From NCBI RefSeq assembly GCF_963921235.1, contig NC_086108.1, positions 52,702,001-52,766,000 of the forward strand: DNA of 64,000 nucleotides, written 5' to 3'. The translations under genes and the position numbers were made by a program. The DNA comes from Mobula hypostoma. Lineage: Eukaryota. Below are positions 62,885 to 64,000 of this stretch, piece by piece. The notes under the pieces are model-generated. The model saw only the letters and a program-made list of their open reading frames with translations. It made no database searches and was not told where the DNA came from. The stretch's first letter is position 1; every line of letters begins with the position of its first letter.

Positions 62885-64000
62885 TGGACCATAAGACATG
62901 GGAGCAGAATTGGGCCATTCAGCCCATCAAGTCTGCTCTGCCATTCTATCATGGCTGATCCTGGGTCCCACTCAACCCCAACACCGGCCTTCTCGCCATA
63001 TCTTTTGATGCCCTGACCGATCAGGAAATGATCAACTTCCGCCTTAGATATATGCACGGACTTGGCCTCCACCGCAGTTTGTGGCAGAGCATTCCACAGA
63101 TTTACTACTGTCTAGTTAAAAAGATTGCTTCTTACCTCTGTTCGAAAGGGTCCCCCCTCAACTTTGAGGCTGTGCCCTTTAGTTCTGGATGCCCCCACCA
63201 CAGGAAACATTCTCTCCACATCCACCCTACCTAATCCTTTGAACATTCGGTAGGTTTCAATGAGATCCTCCCACATTTTTCCAAATTCCAGTGAGTACAG
63301 GCTCTTTATTCCTGGAATCATTCTCATGAACCTCCTCTGGACTCTTACCAATGACAACACATCCTTTCTGAGATATGGGGCCCAAAACTATTGACAATAC
63401 TCCAAGTGTGGCCTGATTAGTTTCTTGAAAGGAAAGGTACGTCGCATCCGGAGTTTCTCTGGTTAGCGGACGATTTCCCTCCACGCCTTTCTGACGTAGT
63501 GGGGAACCACATACGCGGCAAGTCACAGCAGTGGTTTTGCCATTGTCTTCTGCCGGGTGAGTTTCCAAAGAGATCACCAGCTCGTAACCCAGCACGACGG
63601 AAAGCATGCAGGGGAGCCAGCTGGAGCTGGATTCGAACTCGGGACCTTTCATCCCGAAGTCTGAAGCTGATGCCAGTACGCCTCCAGCCAGGTCTTGACT
63701 TTATTACTATAACTAAAGATTTAGAAACTCAGTGACTCAATGCAAAACATATCCATGTGCAGATTATAATAGTGACCATTATCTCCTTGCTTTTATATTC
63801 CATTCCCTTTGAAATAAGTGGCAGCATTGCATTTGCCTTCCTTACCACAGACTCAATCTGTGAAATAACCTTTTGGGAGTCTTGCATGAGGACTCCTAAG
63901 TCCCTCTGCAGCACTGAAGTTTGAATCTTCTCCCCATTTAGATAATAATCCGCACTATTGTTCCTTTTACAAAAATGCATTATCATACATTTCCCAACAC
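62885..64000 (-). mobile_element. CR1 LINE 3' portion, interrupted by a SINE
   Basis: Reads MHFCKRN..ADYYLNGE..Q....QRDLGVL and RVQRRF.RMIPG...LYSLE, followed by a 3' tail. Confidence 0.85.
63429..63692 (-). mobile_element. tRNA-derived SINE
   Basis: Head ggctggaggcgtactggcatcagc...gagttcgaatcc (B-box) and a (ctttc)n tail. Possible TSD tcttga at 63423 and 63693. Confidence 0.7.

Noticed and set aside
63620..63692. tRNA-like sequences (also about 50300-50377 and 28150-28232)
   Set aside because: A/B boxes without a full cloverleaf, attached to SINE bodies and tails. These are SINE heads, not tRNA genes.

Overview
Vertebrate nuclear DNA, inferred to be from a cartilaginous fish, probably a ray or shark (basis: HE1/V-SINE, CR1, Rex1/Babar and Penelope repeat content; no database search was run). 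Two genes lie head-to-head. DOCK7 is on the minus strand: coding exons 1-6 run from the ATG at 30691 down to 5255 (729 nt, 243 aa, all GT-AG, phases consistent), and the gene continues beyond the left edge. ATG4C is on the plus strand: a CpG-rich promoter and inferred non-coding exon 1 near 48.4-48.6 kb, and a first coding exon at 61491-61629; it continues beyond the right edge. Most remaining sequence is transposon debris: CR1, Rex1/Babar, RTE and L1-like LINEs, tRNA-derived SINEs, Tc1 and hAT non-autonomous elements, and many Penelope-like elements (PLEs). The PLE ends carry minimal hammerhead ribozyme motifs and repeatedly form fold-back insertions with target-site duplications (TSDs). I found no CRISPR array, rRNA or true tRNA, and I cannot support a wholly new multi-gene system. 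The best leads are the hammerhead-bearing fold-back PLEs, an inverted copy of the DOCK7 exon-1 splice donor about 1 kb upstream of the gene, a tandem repeat at the DOCK7 5' end, a CLEAR box and a strong uORF at ATG4C, a three-level nested transposon, and two Rex1 copies that share the same disabling mutations. Repeat boundaries without TSDs are approximate.
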